DNA from: Amoebidium appalachense
Lineage: Eukaryota; Protista; Ichthyosporea
Direction: 5' to 3'
NCBI GenBank assembly: GCA_963693365.1
Contig: CAVNZM010000007.1
Location: forward strand, 1,473,979 to 1,537,978
DNA length: 64,000 bases
Positions 1 to 16,332 of the stretch are shown in pieces. Made by a program: the position numbers and the translations under genes. The first letter of the stretch is position 1, and the number at the start of each line of letters is the position of its first letter. The notes beneath the pieces were generated by a model. The model was not told the origin of the DNA and did no database searches. It saw only the letters and a program-made list of their open reading frames with translations.

Positions 1-389
1 AGGGTGCTGAGGGGGTGTTTGAGGCTGACCAAATGACTAAAAGGTTATTGGGTGGAGATGGTGAAGTTTTTTTTGTTTTCTTTCGTTTCCTTTTTTTTTT
101 TTTTTTTTGGGGGGGGGGGAGGGGGGGGGGGGGGGGGAGGGGGGGAGGGGGGGGGGGGAGGGGGGGGGGGAGGGGGGGGGGTGTTGTTGCTGTTGCAGGC
201 TGTTGGTAGGCGGAGGAGTGCGGTAGAGTGTATTGAACAGAGTATTGGGGCAGCAAGCAGGAGAAATAGCAATGGATACGATGTAATGTTGAGAAAAGCA
301 AATGTAAGAGCCACTTTGATACCGAGGAGATGAGAGCTCAAGGGTAGAATAATAAATTCGTTGTGTGCACTTAGTCCTGGGTATAATAC

Positions 390-2952
<2,563 letters not shown>

Positions 2953-3583
2953 TTTTCACTCTCCTGCCTCAGTTACGACTCAGTGCACATGTACATGTGA
3001 CTCTGATGATATCGATCAGTTTATACATACTAGTCTCTTCACGTCCCCAGTGAGAGGGTAAAGGTTTGGGAGCTCTGCCATCGACATTTATACGCACCTG
3101 GAAGTTTATGTGGTACATTCCACAGTCACCACAATAGTGGCAAATTTTACTTCTTGGACCAAGTGTTACGGCCGTCGGAAGTCCCACAGGCCCATAGCCT
3201 AGAGATGACCGTTTACGCTCTGCCAAACCTTGCCAAGGCCAGTGGAGTCGCTCCGCTCGACTCGAATCCTCTGCGATGGGTATGACAATGTGCACTGACA
3301 TTGGCATAACACCATCAGGTCTCAAGGCGCCAAAGTTGCTCGTTGCCTGCCGACCAATTTTTCAGAGTCTTGAATTAGGTGTTCGAACTAAAGGGAAGCC
3401 TTTCCAGGATACGGCCAGACGGGTGTGGGCCGTGGGACCTGGGTGCATGGTAATGTGAGCTCTGTGCTGCCTCGCGTGTTGAAATGTTGGCCAATATCAG
3501 AACGTGATACCGGGGCGCTCCGTGCTGTTCAGCATGAAGCTCGAGCCTTGTCGAGCTCGACCAAATCAAACGGCAATGTCACG

Positions 3584-3619
<36 letters not shown>

Positions 3620-4009
3620 TTCTCCCCTGATCCCCCCCCCCCTCCCCCCCCCCCCCCCCCCCCCCCCCTCCCCACTCCCCCAATTGTGAAAGAAGCTGAC
3701 CGCTACCAGCAGCTATCCATTGTACATGACGAATTGACGATGATACATGCATCACATATATGAAACCGTTTTTAAACGCGTAGTACTGGATGCATATGCA
3801 CACGTTCCGGGCCCTGTATTATGTACCACGTGACACGTGGATATATTCTCTAGCTATTTGCTACGCTGTGTATACAGTATATTACTACTATTGCGAAGTA
3901 TATATCTCATAAGAACGTATTATAAGGTACAGTGGTACCACAGCTTTGAACGTCCATATTTGTCTGCAGATGAGAGCTAGCGCTGTGAGTATGACATCAA
4001 TCATGCATA

Positions 4010-5200
4010 TGTGTTCTTGTACCTGATATAGCTAACAATTTACACACATTTACATTATCATCTAAACCTGTACCTATAGTTCCAGAATACAAATATCTTG
4101 GTGTTCCGGTCGATTCTGTTGGTGTTATGTTTCCCCATATGGTCGAAAAGAGGGTAGAGTTGGCTCGTAAGCGGTTAGCGTTCTTCTCGGCTAATATTTT
4201 TAAAGACACACCCCTCCATCCTTCTGTTAGACTTACATTTATTCGCACTTTTGTCTTCCCGGCATGTGAATATGGTTTACCCCTTCTCGCCGCTTGGATC
4301 AAGAAAGAGAGAACCAGAGCGCTTAAACCCCTGGCAAATTTCCTTGAAGCAGAAGTTGCCTCCTTTCTATCTAACAACTGTTGTAAACCTGGGCCTGTAA
4401 CGCTCTCGATATATGGTCTGGTCCCAATAGCTGCTAGAGTATCCTATCTCGCGCTGAAATTCAATAAGCACATAAGCCGCTTAAAGAAGTATTTGCCCTC
4501 CCACCCTCTCTTCTCTATCCGACCTGTCCCCTCCTCACCTCTCCCCTCTTTCCTCCCCTCTCGCTCCCCTTCTCCCCTGGGCACAAATACAAATAAACCC
4601 CGCAATAGTGTGTGTGTGACTTTGGACTGCCACTTACTTATTAAACATGTACACAATCACAAGATAATCACGCAATATAACAAATGGAAAAAGATACCAC
4701 ACGACACTAGACCCGATGAAAGCATACACCTTGAAAAACTAAGCCTTATGTCTCGTTTTATATATACTGACCGCCTCAACCATCTTGCCAAATATGGCAC
4801 TCGCAAGTGTATAACACCTAAATACATATTACCTTCCTGTAGAACTGGTCTTTCTCTAGCTGATGGTATTATTGATCAATTACCACGCTTTTACTGTACA
4901 CGTGCTATACAGTGGAGATCTAATAAGTATAAGGTGGCATCATTTGCATGCCCAAACAACACACACACACACCAGTTTAACCGGTCATGTATCGCCAAAT
5001 GTAGTTTGATAGACCACATAATACCGCAACACACACACGTCACATTCACAACAGACACCCAGAAAGATAGCCTACCTGTAAATTACAACATCCTTGATTT
5101 TATACTAAACACGCGTAACTACGACCTGTTTATTAGATGTATTGATTGGCTTGAGAAACACATCACTACAAAATTATAGCGCACGCGCACACACACACAC

Positions 5201-5265
<65 letters not shown>

Positions 5266-5297
5266 CCAGCTGATACCGAGTGTCCCGAGGGGAGCCC

Positions 5298-5332
<35 letters not shown>
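4010..5332 (+). mobile_element. 5'-truncated non-LTR retrotransposon (LINE) fragment: end of RT, thumb and C-terminal region
   Basis: The frame of ORF 4127-5179 extends upstream to ~4010 and reads PIVPEYKYLGV (RT domain-7 YKYLG motif), then a thumb-like ...RLTFIRTFVFPACEYGL... and a Cys/His C-terminus (CPNNTHTHQFNRSCIAKC). It is followed by (CA)n at ~5190-5263 and an A-run at 5301-5332. No YADD core or endonuclease is present, so it is truncated. Confidence 0.75.
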
Positions 5333-5334
<2 letters not shown>

Positions 5335-6745
5335 GGGGAACCCCAGCTAATTGATTTCTCCTTCTAGTCTTTATGGTGTCTCGTAGAGAAAGTAAACCCT
5401 GATATATAGTCACCACCCGACATCTATGTACGTGATCATGATATACCGCTGAGGGGATATTCCGAGCAAAACCCCCCCCATACCTGAGACTGGTTCTCTT
5501 TGCCTCGAGTAAACAGCGTAAACCCCGCATATGTATCTGTCCGAATTATCCTTCCTGTCTAAGGAAATATTCCTTCTACTTCTAGAAAACCCACACATAT
5601 ATATAATTGTAAAAGTCCCTTCGGCCGTGGGATATCTAATGCTAGACCTTATCAAAACATGAATTCTGTCACCTTTAAAATTTCGTCGGACTCAAGAGAG
5701 TGACCATCAGTAATACCGTAATACGTGACTCCGGCTGACTCTTGAGTTTTTCCCCCTTGGCCTCTGCATTCTCTGAATTTCTCTCTCTGATGTTGTGATG
5801 CACGGGTGACCAATCATCTAGATCAGGAGCACTGATTGGATTCATGATCTGCCGCCAATTTTCATGTTATCCAATCATATGGTTATTAACCACCCGAGAT
5901 CCGGGGTTTGGCAATCCAACTAATTACTTGCTCCGAGTAGTCCGAGACCGTACGCCCTATAGCTCCCAAGCTTAGCAGCTTACAGGTTTACGTTAGTTCG
6001 CGTCCGTTTGTATTGCTGTATAACTCTATTTAATGATATCAAAAATGTGTTATTGCAATTGTGCGCTTCTATATGGATATGGGCCTAGCCCTGGTCCCTG
6101 AGTGAGCGGCCAATAAACGGCGCATGATCATTGATCAATCAAAACGGTCCAGCTGGGCGTCAATAGGGTGAGCACTAAGGAAAAAACACCTGCATTTTCT
6201 CTCCGATAGTATTACTTGCGTTTATGTAGCTAGATCCTGAGCTCAACCGTATACATGTACATAGATTCTTTTGGTAAATTACTGTGAAGTCACTTGCCCT
6301 GCAGGCTGTGACACATATTAGTAGAAAAGAAGCATTCATGCACTGTATTGCCGGAGTCGACTCTGATCTCATGCATATATGTGCCGCTGTATGGCAATCA
6401 CGGGTCCGCGTGCCAGGACAGTCCTGGGCCTAGGTCTGCGCCGGCCTGTCCACTCACTAAGTTGAACATGTATCTGCAGGTGTTACGTGAAGGTACATCA
6501 TATAACTTGAGTCACTGTCAGCTGGGCTCAGCCCTCTCCATCGGATATCGATCTATCGTTGCCAACACAGCATGACAAGTTGTGGCTGGCAATTAGATGT
6601 TGAATTGAAATTGAACTGCATCATTTTTAGCTTACCATTTACCCTCGACCTCTCATCATGTGACCATATGGCCTGGGTGCCATGTGGTGGCTCTTTTTAG
6701 TGGTGGTGGTCTGGCGGTGGTGGTTGTGGTGGTGGTGGTGGTGGT

Positions 6746-6797
<52 letters not shown>

Positions 6798-7881
6798 ATG
6801 TAGCGGTGGGGTGTACACGTGGGTGCCGCTAGCGCTCATAAATCCAACGGATGGCTGCAAAATTGTGCCGTGTACACGTGTGCGGTCCATTTGTGACTGT
6901 ACACATTGCGCACATGTGCACACGTGTGCCAGTGACTGTACGTATAGGTTTGTATACACCTGCCATCTGGTGTGTACATGACATTGTGTGTGTGTACAAG
7001 TGAGGGGTGGGGGGTGGACCAGGATTGGGGGAGGGGTGGTTTGAGGGTGGTGGTGGTGGTGGTGGGGAGGGGGGGAGGGGGGGGGGCTGAGCATCGATAA
7101 CGTCGTCGAAGGGACGGAGGGGTGCACATGCGGTTCTTTCTGTGAGCCGAACGTGAACGAGCCGACCTGCGCATGCCAAAACTTTATTTACAGATTGAGC
7201 TAAAAAGTGTGTATGGAAGGAAGGTCATAACTGTGCTATAATCAAGACTGGTATCCTGACAGAACACATAACTATTTAAAGCGCAGCATAATTTTGAAGT
7301 GTGCATATATAGGCGATTCAAAGGACATCGATAACAAAACTCTGTGCAGCCTACACATTTGCACTAACAACATGTACGCATGTGATTACGATTTTTATCA
7401 GTTAATCGTTAACCCATGTCAACATAATCACAGTAGTGCGAAACATCGATAGGGGATAAGTGTGCGGGTATGCAAATTGGCATAATAATAGCTGTCTCAA
7501 AGGTTCCTATGAAACCCCTCGTAAAGAAATAGACCAATTCTTCTTTTTTTCGTACGCCGTACAGAAGTGCTGGCTACATTCGAAGTATTTGTGCAATATA
7601 TACATTCATGAATAATCATTTTGGGTCCGTCTACCCGTAGAGTATATATCTGCATATGCATGTAACAACACATGTCCACCCAGGTCGTTATATTGGCTTC
7701 ATTCATGTAAAAACTAGCGCACATTATTCAGGCATAACCCCCCCCCCCCCCCCCCCCCCCCCCCTTCTCCCAGCGGAGATCCCCAACAAAAATATAACTC
7801 CACAAAAGACACACGACTTGTGCCATTCATTGAATTTAGCTTCTAATCGTGTAAACTACGAAATGTCCCACATCCCCCTCC

Positions 7882-7917
<36 letters not shown>

Positions 7918-8313
7918 ACATACGCACACCCCTACTCCCACCAACCACAGACACTCCGGCTCCTCACACAGAGAATCACTAACACACATTAGCTGTTATG
8001 CCAAATCACTTTTTGATAGTAGATTACTTTGCACGGAGAACAAGTACTACCCGATTTCGATACACGTAACACACGGACATTCATATTACATACACCTTTC
8101 TAGTCGGTCTGTGGCCTTGCCGGAGACTCAGCCAGTCTCTGTGGGGGGATGCCACCCTGCACAAAGTACCAGTACAGGCACTCCGCCTGCACCCACCACC
8201 ACCCCAACTTCAGTTACAACAACAACACAAAACAAAATGCCCCCCCCCCCCCCTTCCTTTGGCCTTCCCCCCTTCCCCCCCCCCTCCCCCCCCCCCCCCC
8301 CCCAAAAAAAAAA

Positions 8314-8414
<101 letters not shown>

Positions 8415-8783
8415 CACCATCACATTCTCCTGTTTCCCTATCCTCCCTCCCTCCCTTTCCCCTCCCCCCCCTCTCCTCCCCGTCTTTAATGAATTTCATG
8501 CTTTTTTCCGCTGCAAGGATAATCTACGTGCCAATTGAAAACATAACAAAGCCCTTTCATCCCCTGGATTATGACCACCATTGTTATGCTTTTCAATGAC
8601 GCGTGAACTGATGGTAAATGTGAAACCAGAAAGAATTGATGCAAGCAGAACATAGCACAACATACACAACACACACACACACGCTCTAAACATGAAACCA
8701 GAAAGAATTGATGCAAGCAGCAGATAGCACACACACACACAACACACACACACACATACACACACACCCACGCACACACACAC

Positions 8784-8822
<39 letters not shown>

Positions 8823-9073
8823 CACTCACTCACTCACATACCATCCACACAAACCTGTACACACAGACACAAACTAACACACACAAAAAAGGGAGGGACG
8901 GGGAGGGGAGGGGGGGAGGTAGGGGAGGGGCGGGTGGGTGGGTGGGGGGGGGGGGGGGGGGGGGGGGGAGGGGGGAAGTTGTCGTTCTTGCTTATAGGGT
9001 GGGTGGGTGGGTGGGTGGGTGGTGGTGGTGAAGTGGGGGGGGGGGAAGAGGGAAGGGGGGGAAAGATACACAC

Positions 9074-9423
9074 CAGACTCAGGACTTTAGATACGTCGAG
9101 CTTTCCGGCCAGGCCGTTCATGTGCATGATGATGTCGGCATAGCCCTTGCCTGCTAGTGCCTCTCCCTGCTGCAGGATCACTGCACAAACACACTCGGTT
9201 ATACTCCAACACGCTAGGTCATAGCCCAATTCACTCGGTCATAACACAACACAATCGGTCATAACCCGAAGTATATCTCGGTATGGCACTTCAGGTTGCA
9301 GATGCAAAGACGAGGGAACTTACTAGAAAACTATCTCAATTTCTGTTACCGGCGACTTTGTATATACACAAAAAGGAGCAACCAGTTCATGGTTGTCAGT
9401 TATATACCCTCCCCCCCCCCAAC

Positions 9424-9489
<66 letters not shown>

Positions 9490-9601
9490 ACCACCACCAC
9501 CACCCTCCCATTCCCACCCCTCGTACACATACAGGCAGACAGACAAAAAGAAAAAGAAAAGAAAGAAAAAAAAAAGAAGAAGGAAAAAAGAAGACCCCCT
9601 C

Positions 9602-9632
<31 letters not shown>

Positions 9633-11149
9633 ACACACACCACCACCCCCGCCCACCCCTCCCCCTCCCCCTCACTCCAAACACAACCGCCTGCCCCGCA
9701 CTTTCAGACGCGCACATTTACGTATTAGTTGTATTAGTTTGAGCACATAGTCACGTGACATGCAGGCACACGTACCTGCCAGGCAGATGAAGAGGATGTA
9801 TGGATTGCGGCCCAGATCCAGCCCCTGCTTGGTGTATTCTTGGCTCGGCATGCTCCAGATCACTAGCCCCAACGTGCATGACGTCAGCACCTTTTCCTCC
9901 CTCCCACCCCCCCCCCCCCCCCCCCCGCCCCCCATTTTCACCAACCATGCCCTCTCCCCCCCCCCCCCCCCCCCCCTCCCCCCCCAAAAAAAACAAAAAA
10001 ACAAAAAACAAAAAACAAAAAACAAAATCTCCCTCTTTTCCTCAGCCTCACGTGATCACAAATCTGCCCACCCAGTTGCACGCCCACACACATGCCCCCA
10101 GGACTTCCTAGAGCAAACAACAAGCGCTGGATTGGTTAATCTTTCAACAGTAGTGGGGTGTCTGTGCCTGTCCACAGAAAACCTGGGAAAAAACATAGGA
10201 CAAGAGCGCACACCAGCCGATGGTATAGAGGGCTAGTGTATATGTGCCGTGCAGGGGGATTATATTACTAGTACATACAGTTTCCCGCAACTTGTATGTC
10301 AATTACAGCACACATGCCATGCAAACAACAATACTAACATAAAGCTGTCGCCTATAGGTATACAGGTATAGACCATTGCGTTGCATGCAGACAATAACAA
10401 TAAACTATAACGTTCAAGTATATTTTAGTTACAGAACGATGCATGGCAGGGAAACAATAACAATAACTCTAGAGACCAAACATAGTTACAGGCCAATACA
10501 GTCAAGTGACCACAACACATGAGCACACATTGCAACAGGTAAATCTGACACCATGAAATACATCACACGAGCCTTTCACCATCACCAGTTCAACATGTTT
10601 GCGCATGAATGGTGGTATTGGCACACAGCTTACCTTCGCATATTCTCAATGCATCCTCAAAGTTGAACTCACGTTTCATGTTTAGAAGCATCCACCTACA
10701 GAAAAGAGGAGAAAAGAGGAGAAAAGGGTCAGTAGGGCATGGTTGCACCCCCCCCCCCCCCCACCCCCCACCCCCCTTCTTTCCCCTCCAGCTCCCAGCC
10801 CACACCTTCCAACCCTTCCCGAGCCCCACCCTCCCACACACACACGCATGCCACGGATGGGGTTTAGGTGCACGAGACGACAAGATTCAAAACAAAAAAC
10901 CAGGAGGGAAAATGACCAAAGCAAAGGTTGGACTTATGATGCCATGCTGTCTAGGCAAGTGTGCCAGGGATAGTGGGGGTGGCGTGGGGTGGAGTGGGGG
11001 CGGGCGGTGGCGGCCAAGGGGGGGGGGGGGGGGGTTTGTTAAGATTCGTTATAGGGTACGAAGTACACGCTCACGACAGACTGCAAAGCACACAAAAGGA
11101 GCTTGCATCACAAAAGAGCCCATCCTCCCACCGATGTGTGTTTGTGTGT

Positions 11150-11208
<59 letters not shown>

Positions 11209-12033
11209 GGGGGGGGGGGGGGAGGGGGGGGAGGGGGGGGGGGGGGGATAGAAGGGTGAACGGTAACACTAAACGAAGGAGAAAGCATGTGTTGCAGCTT
11301 TTGCTTATTGAGTTTCGGAGAAGGGTGACTCCATAGTGAGGAGTAAACACTCGGGAAGAAGGGGGGGGGGGGGGGGGGGGGGGAGGGTGATGTAAGCGTG
11401 AAAAGGCCGGAACTATGGAAGAAACAACAAAGGAAAAACTACAAAACGTCACAAAAATGCGAAACCTGAAATCAAACAATTTAACCGTGTAGGCAGAAAA
11501 CACTTGAACAGAGCCCATCATCAGGGGGGGTCCTATGCCTCCACAAAAACACGAGTTTCGACTCTTCAACCTCTCGCGCAATTGCAAGGTTCCCAACCCA
11601 TACTTTGGGGGAAGGGGGGGGGGGGGGGGGGATGAATGCGTATGAAGAAGCAGACACCAAAAGGCAAAACACAAACCGCCGTCAAAATAAACATAAATAA
11701 TAATAAAAACACTCCACCAATTAAAATTTAAAGAGCAGGTTAGCATACCTGTAGGCAAAAACGACATCTGCAGCCTCCTCCGTAGCCAGTGTCTCATAGA
11801 GGGTTGGTTCATGTTGATTCACCATCTCAATCAGAGTGTGGAACTGACGGTTCATGGCCGTTTTGTCTTCGGGAAGGAAAAAGTCCCCTGGAAAAAAAAA
11901 AGAGAAGAGAGAAAAAGAAAAAGGGTGTGAGGGCGGGTTTGAAATCCTTGATGAAGAAGAACAAAAGTTGAAGACAACATGACGAATAAGGAGAGATGGG
12001 CCGGGGGAGGGGGGGGGGGGGGGGGGGGGGGGA

Positions 12034-12083
<50 letters not shown>

Positions 12084-12992
12084 GGGGGGGGGGGGGGGGG
12101 GGGGGGTATATTGAAATGCCTGCTATAGGCAGATATCGTAATGGTTTATGGCACTGATATATATGCTTCTGCAGGCACATGTGTGTGCGCACGTAAATCT
12201 TTTTCTTCTTTTCCTTTCTGTTCCCGTTGTTCCCTGCCCTTCATTATTTTCTTCATTTTTTTTTAGCTCTCAAATTCTCCTCGCTCCTCCTTTCCGTTCC
12301 TTACGAACTTTCTCTTTTTCCTCCTTTCTCTCCCCCTTTAATCCATTAGGGCCCTCAAATAGAGCAGAGAGGAGAGGAACAAAGTGGAGGCATAGAAGGA
12401 AAGAGGCAAAGCAGCATTAACATCATAGAACGGACATAACACCATCAGAGAAACCAAAAGACAGGGCCGGGCGGGGGGAGGGGGGAGGGGTGGGGGGGGG
12501 GGGGGGGGGGGAAGCGGAGGAAAGGAGGGGAAGGGGGGTGGGGGAGATAGAGAGGGGAAAGGTGGGGGGTGATGCATGCATTAGAGGAATGGAAATATGA
12601 TGGGGAGGGGGTGGGTGGGGGGAAGGAGGGAGGGGGGGGGGGGGGGGGGGGGGTGTATGGGATGGCCCACCCATAAAGTTCATCAACTGAGCAAAACACC
12701 AAAAGGCCTCAGATTCACTGCCGTTTTGAACATATAGCAGCATGCTGGCAAACTCGTTCTGTGAAGAAGTGGTGTAAGGAAACGAACTAAAACGATGGAA
12801 TGGAAGATAACAAGACGTTTTGAGACTGTTGGCGTGCGTGCGTGTGAATGTGTTTGTGCGCGAATGTGTGTGCGCCGTGGTGGAGGGTGAGAGAGAGGGG
12901 GATGGGGGGGGGGGGGGGGGGGGAGAGAGGGAGAGAGAGAGAGAGAGAGAAAGGGGGGGACAGAGAGAGAGAAGAGTATGTGTGTGTGTGTG

Positions 12993-13049
<57 letters not shown>

Positions 13050-13831
13050 TGTGTGTGTGTGTGTGCACGCACTTGCACGACCATGGATTGTGTGTGAGGA
13101 TGTACGTGTGGGTGTAGTGCAAAGGATATATCACAAACACTAGCCCATAACAGGACATGTGATCAGTTAGCGTAGATCACAGCTTCATTGTGAATGCGCT
13201 TCTTGCACATTAGAACATTTATGGTATTCATGATATTCCGGGGGTCTGTGTATGTGTGGTTGGGGGGCGGGAGGGGGGAGGAGGGAGGAGGGGGTATTCA
13301 ATGTGCGTGTGCGGTGTTGGTGGCGGTGGTGGTTCACGGTTGAGGGGTGGGGGGGAGGGGGGGGGGGGGCGGGGGGGGGCTGAATCCAGATAAACAAATT
13401 CACAGTGTAATGCATACACAAGACGAATGCAACACAAGTAACACCAGTGCGAAAATTTGGGGTTGGGGGGGGGGGGTTGGGGAACGTATGCGTTAGAGGG
13501 TTTGAAATATGGAGGTGACCTTAAAGGACAAACTACAAAATGTTACAAAAATGATATACCCAAAATCAAATAATGTGAGCGTGAAGGCAGAAAACACTTG
13601 AACAGCGCCCATCATCAGGGGGGTTCCTATGCATCCACAAAAGAATCGGCTTGCGGGGGTGGTGTGGTGGTGGTGGTGGTGGTGGTGGTGGTGGTGGTGG
13701 GGGAGGGGGGGGGGGTAGAATTTCCAACCTGGCCCTGAATGTAAGGCAGCTCCGGGCGGTAGACGATGGAATGCACGGCTAGAATGTTCTCGAGCTTGGT
13801 CAGGTTGGGGTTGCCATCCCCTGCAAGGGTG

Positions 13832-13872
<41 letters not shown>

Positions 13873-14006
13873 GGGGGGGGGGGGGAGAAGGGGTTTAGCT
13901 CATGGGTGGGGACAGTAGAGGGGTTGGTGCGTGAGTGAGGATCAGTTGGATCAGTGTAGGTTTGTGGGATTGTGAAGAGTGTGGAAGTCGGTGTGCATGT
14001 ACGTGT

Positions 14007-14039
<33 letters not shown>

Positions 14040-14289
14040 ATGGGAGAAAGAGGAGGAGAGGAGGGGGTTGGGGGAGGAGGGGGAATTAGGAATGAGAGGG
14101 AGGGAGGAGGAGAAAGGGGACAGGAGAAGCAAGAGCGGAAGAAAGAGAGGGAGTGAGGGAAGAGATGAAGGGGCAGGAAGGGGAAAGGGGGAGGTAGGCA
14201 GCGAGCGAGAGGGAGGGAGGGGGAGGGAGAGTTTGAGGGGGGCGTGGGGAGAGAGACAGAGAGACAGAGAGAGACAGAGAGAAGGTGTG

Positions 14290-14333
<44 letters not shown>

Positions 14334-14400
14334 GTGTGTGTGTTGGTTTATGTGTGAATGCATATACCAAAGGGCACTGGCACCTTTTTATGCCCCTCCC

Positions 14401-14436
<36 letters not shown>

Positions 14437-14640
14437 CAATGTCCCTCCAATCCCTCCTGCAATGCCCCTCCCTCCCCTCCCTCACCCACTCCCCATCCCT
14501 TGTCCTTTCATTCTTTGGGTTGCCTCTTGGTCGCCTTGGCCTCGATCTAACCATCATGCACAGTTTGCATTTCCATATTCAGAAAACACACACACACACC
14601 CCAACGCACTGTGAGGAAGATGGGCATACCTCCTTCTAAG

Positions 14641-14678
<38 letters not shown>

Positions 14679-14830
14679 ACACACACACACCCACACCTGC
14701 GCGTGCAAAAAAAAAAAAAAGAAAAAAAAACCATCATGTCCTTCCATGCATGGTATTTGGTGAGACGACTCTTGACCCGGTCCCAACCAATCATCGCGTC
14801 CTCATGTGAACACTGATAACAAACAGCTCC

Positions 14831-14888
<58 letters not shown>

Positions 14889-15787
14889 ACACACAAAAAA
14901 AAAAAAAAAAGAAGAAGAAGAAAAGAAGAAGAAGAAGGAAAAAAAAGAAAAAAGAAAAGTAAGAAAGAAAGGAGGGAAAGGAGAAATATAGGAGAAAAGG
15001 AGAGGAAAAAAATCAGGTTGCACAAGCCCCATGTACCTGCATAGAAAGGCACCTCCCTATCTGTCCGCCTGACGTCTTTATCGATCGTATTTATCGATTC
15101 CTTGCCTGTGTCTGTAAACGTATCCAGCAACTGCAAATCCAAAAATACGGTTTAGAAATACGGGAAAACGAACAATCGTGTGTGTATCCAGTAAATGTAC
15201 CATACAAAAATACGTGTCAGAAACACCAGGGCACTCGTGTGTAATTATAGTCAAAAATTGAAAAGAAAGGGCAATACCAAACACCAGTAGTAGTGGTGTG
15301 TAAAGGGATTCATAAATTCACGTCAACACGAAAATTCATAAATTCACATGAACACGAGCCCCTCCCCTCCCCTCCCTCCTCATAAATTCACATGAACACG
15401 AGCTCCTCTCCCTCCCCTCCCTCCCTCCCTCCCCCCCTCCCCCACACATACACAAACCACCATCAAGCACACACCTACACCCACACGCACTCACCACCTC
15501 CCCCCAGTCCCAATCTCCCGTCCGTCCCCCCACACGTCATCCCGACCCCTACCCCACCCCCAATACACATACACATCGTCCCCCCTCTCCCCCCCCCCCC
15601 CCCCTCCCCCCCTAGCCCACCACCACCACACACACACACACAGAGACACTCACACACTCTCCTGCAACACTACTTTGAGCTCCATAACGCCCTCTTATCC
15701 ACTCATCCGTTGCAAAACGTGTCCATGCATGTGCACGTACGTGTGCAAAAAGACATGCGGGTGCAAAACAAAAAAGGGGGGGCGGAA

Positions 15788-15820
<33 letters not shown>

Positions 15821-16154
15821 CAGGAGATTGTGTTGGTTCTTGCTTCGGGTGAGAGGAAGGAGAGAAGAGGTTTATGCAAACAGTTAGCACCTGCAAACGG
15901 CTTGCCGAAGGGGGGGGAAGAGGGGGGGGGGGGGGGGGGGGGAGGGGGGGGGGGGGGGGGGGGGGGATGGTGGGGCACACGTGTAGGGGAAAGTAGGGGA
16001 GGAGGAAGGATATGCTAATACTAAGATAAAAACGCGGAGGGAAGGAAACGTAGGCTGGAAGTAAACTGCATGATGCAGGGAGATAGCACCTTTACAAATA
16101 CGGGGGGTGCTGGAATGGATACAGAGACACTGCCTAATCGGTTTAGGTCCCTTG

Positions 16155-16188
<34 letters not shown>

Positions 16189-16285
16189 CATACACACACT
16201 CACCACCACCACCACCACCACCCCACCCTTCCGCCTGTGCTTCCTCTGACAGCTAGCTCGTTAAGCCCCCCCTCCCCCCCCCCCA

Positions 16286-16332
<47 letters not shown>

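Noticed and set aside
5504-5526. TCGAGTAAACAGCGTAA shared with ~32332-32350
   Set aside because: Only ~17-20 bp and two copies; no boundaries to define an element.
8496-8531. ARRLSLQRKKA* as last TBC exon
   Set aside because: Plausible by similarity but preceded by TTG, not AG. Alternatives near 8607 and 8138 have AG acceptors; left unresolved.
9193-9268. Four ~20-nt CGGTCATAAC-like repeats; similar short duplications at 8621-8720, 15309-15402 and 41456-41573
   Set aside because: Local slippage duplications with no unique spacers of regular length and no cas genes; not CRISPR.
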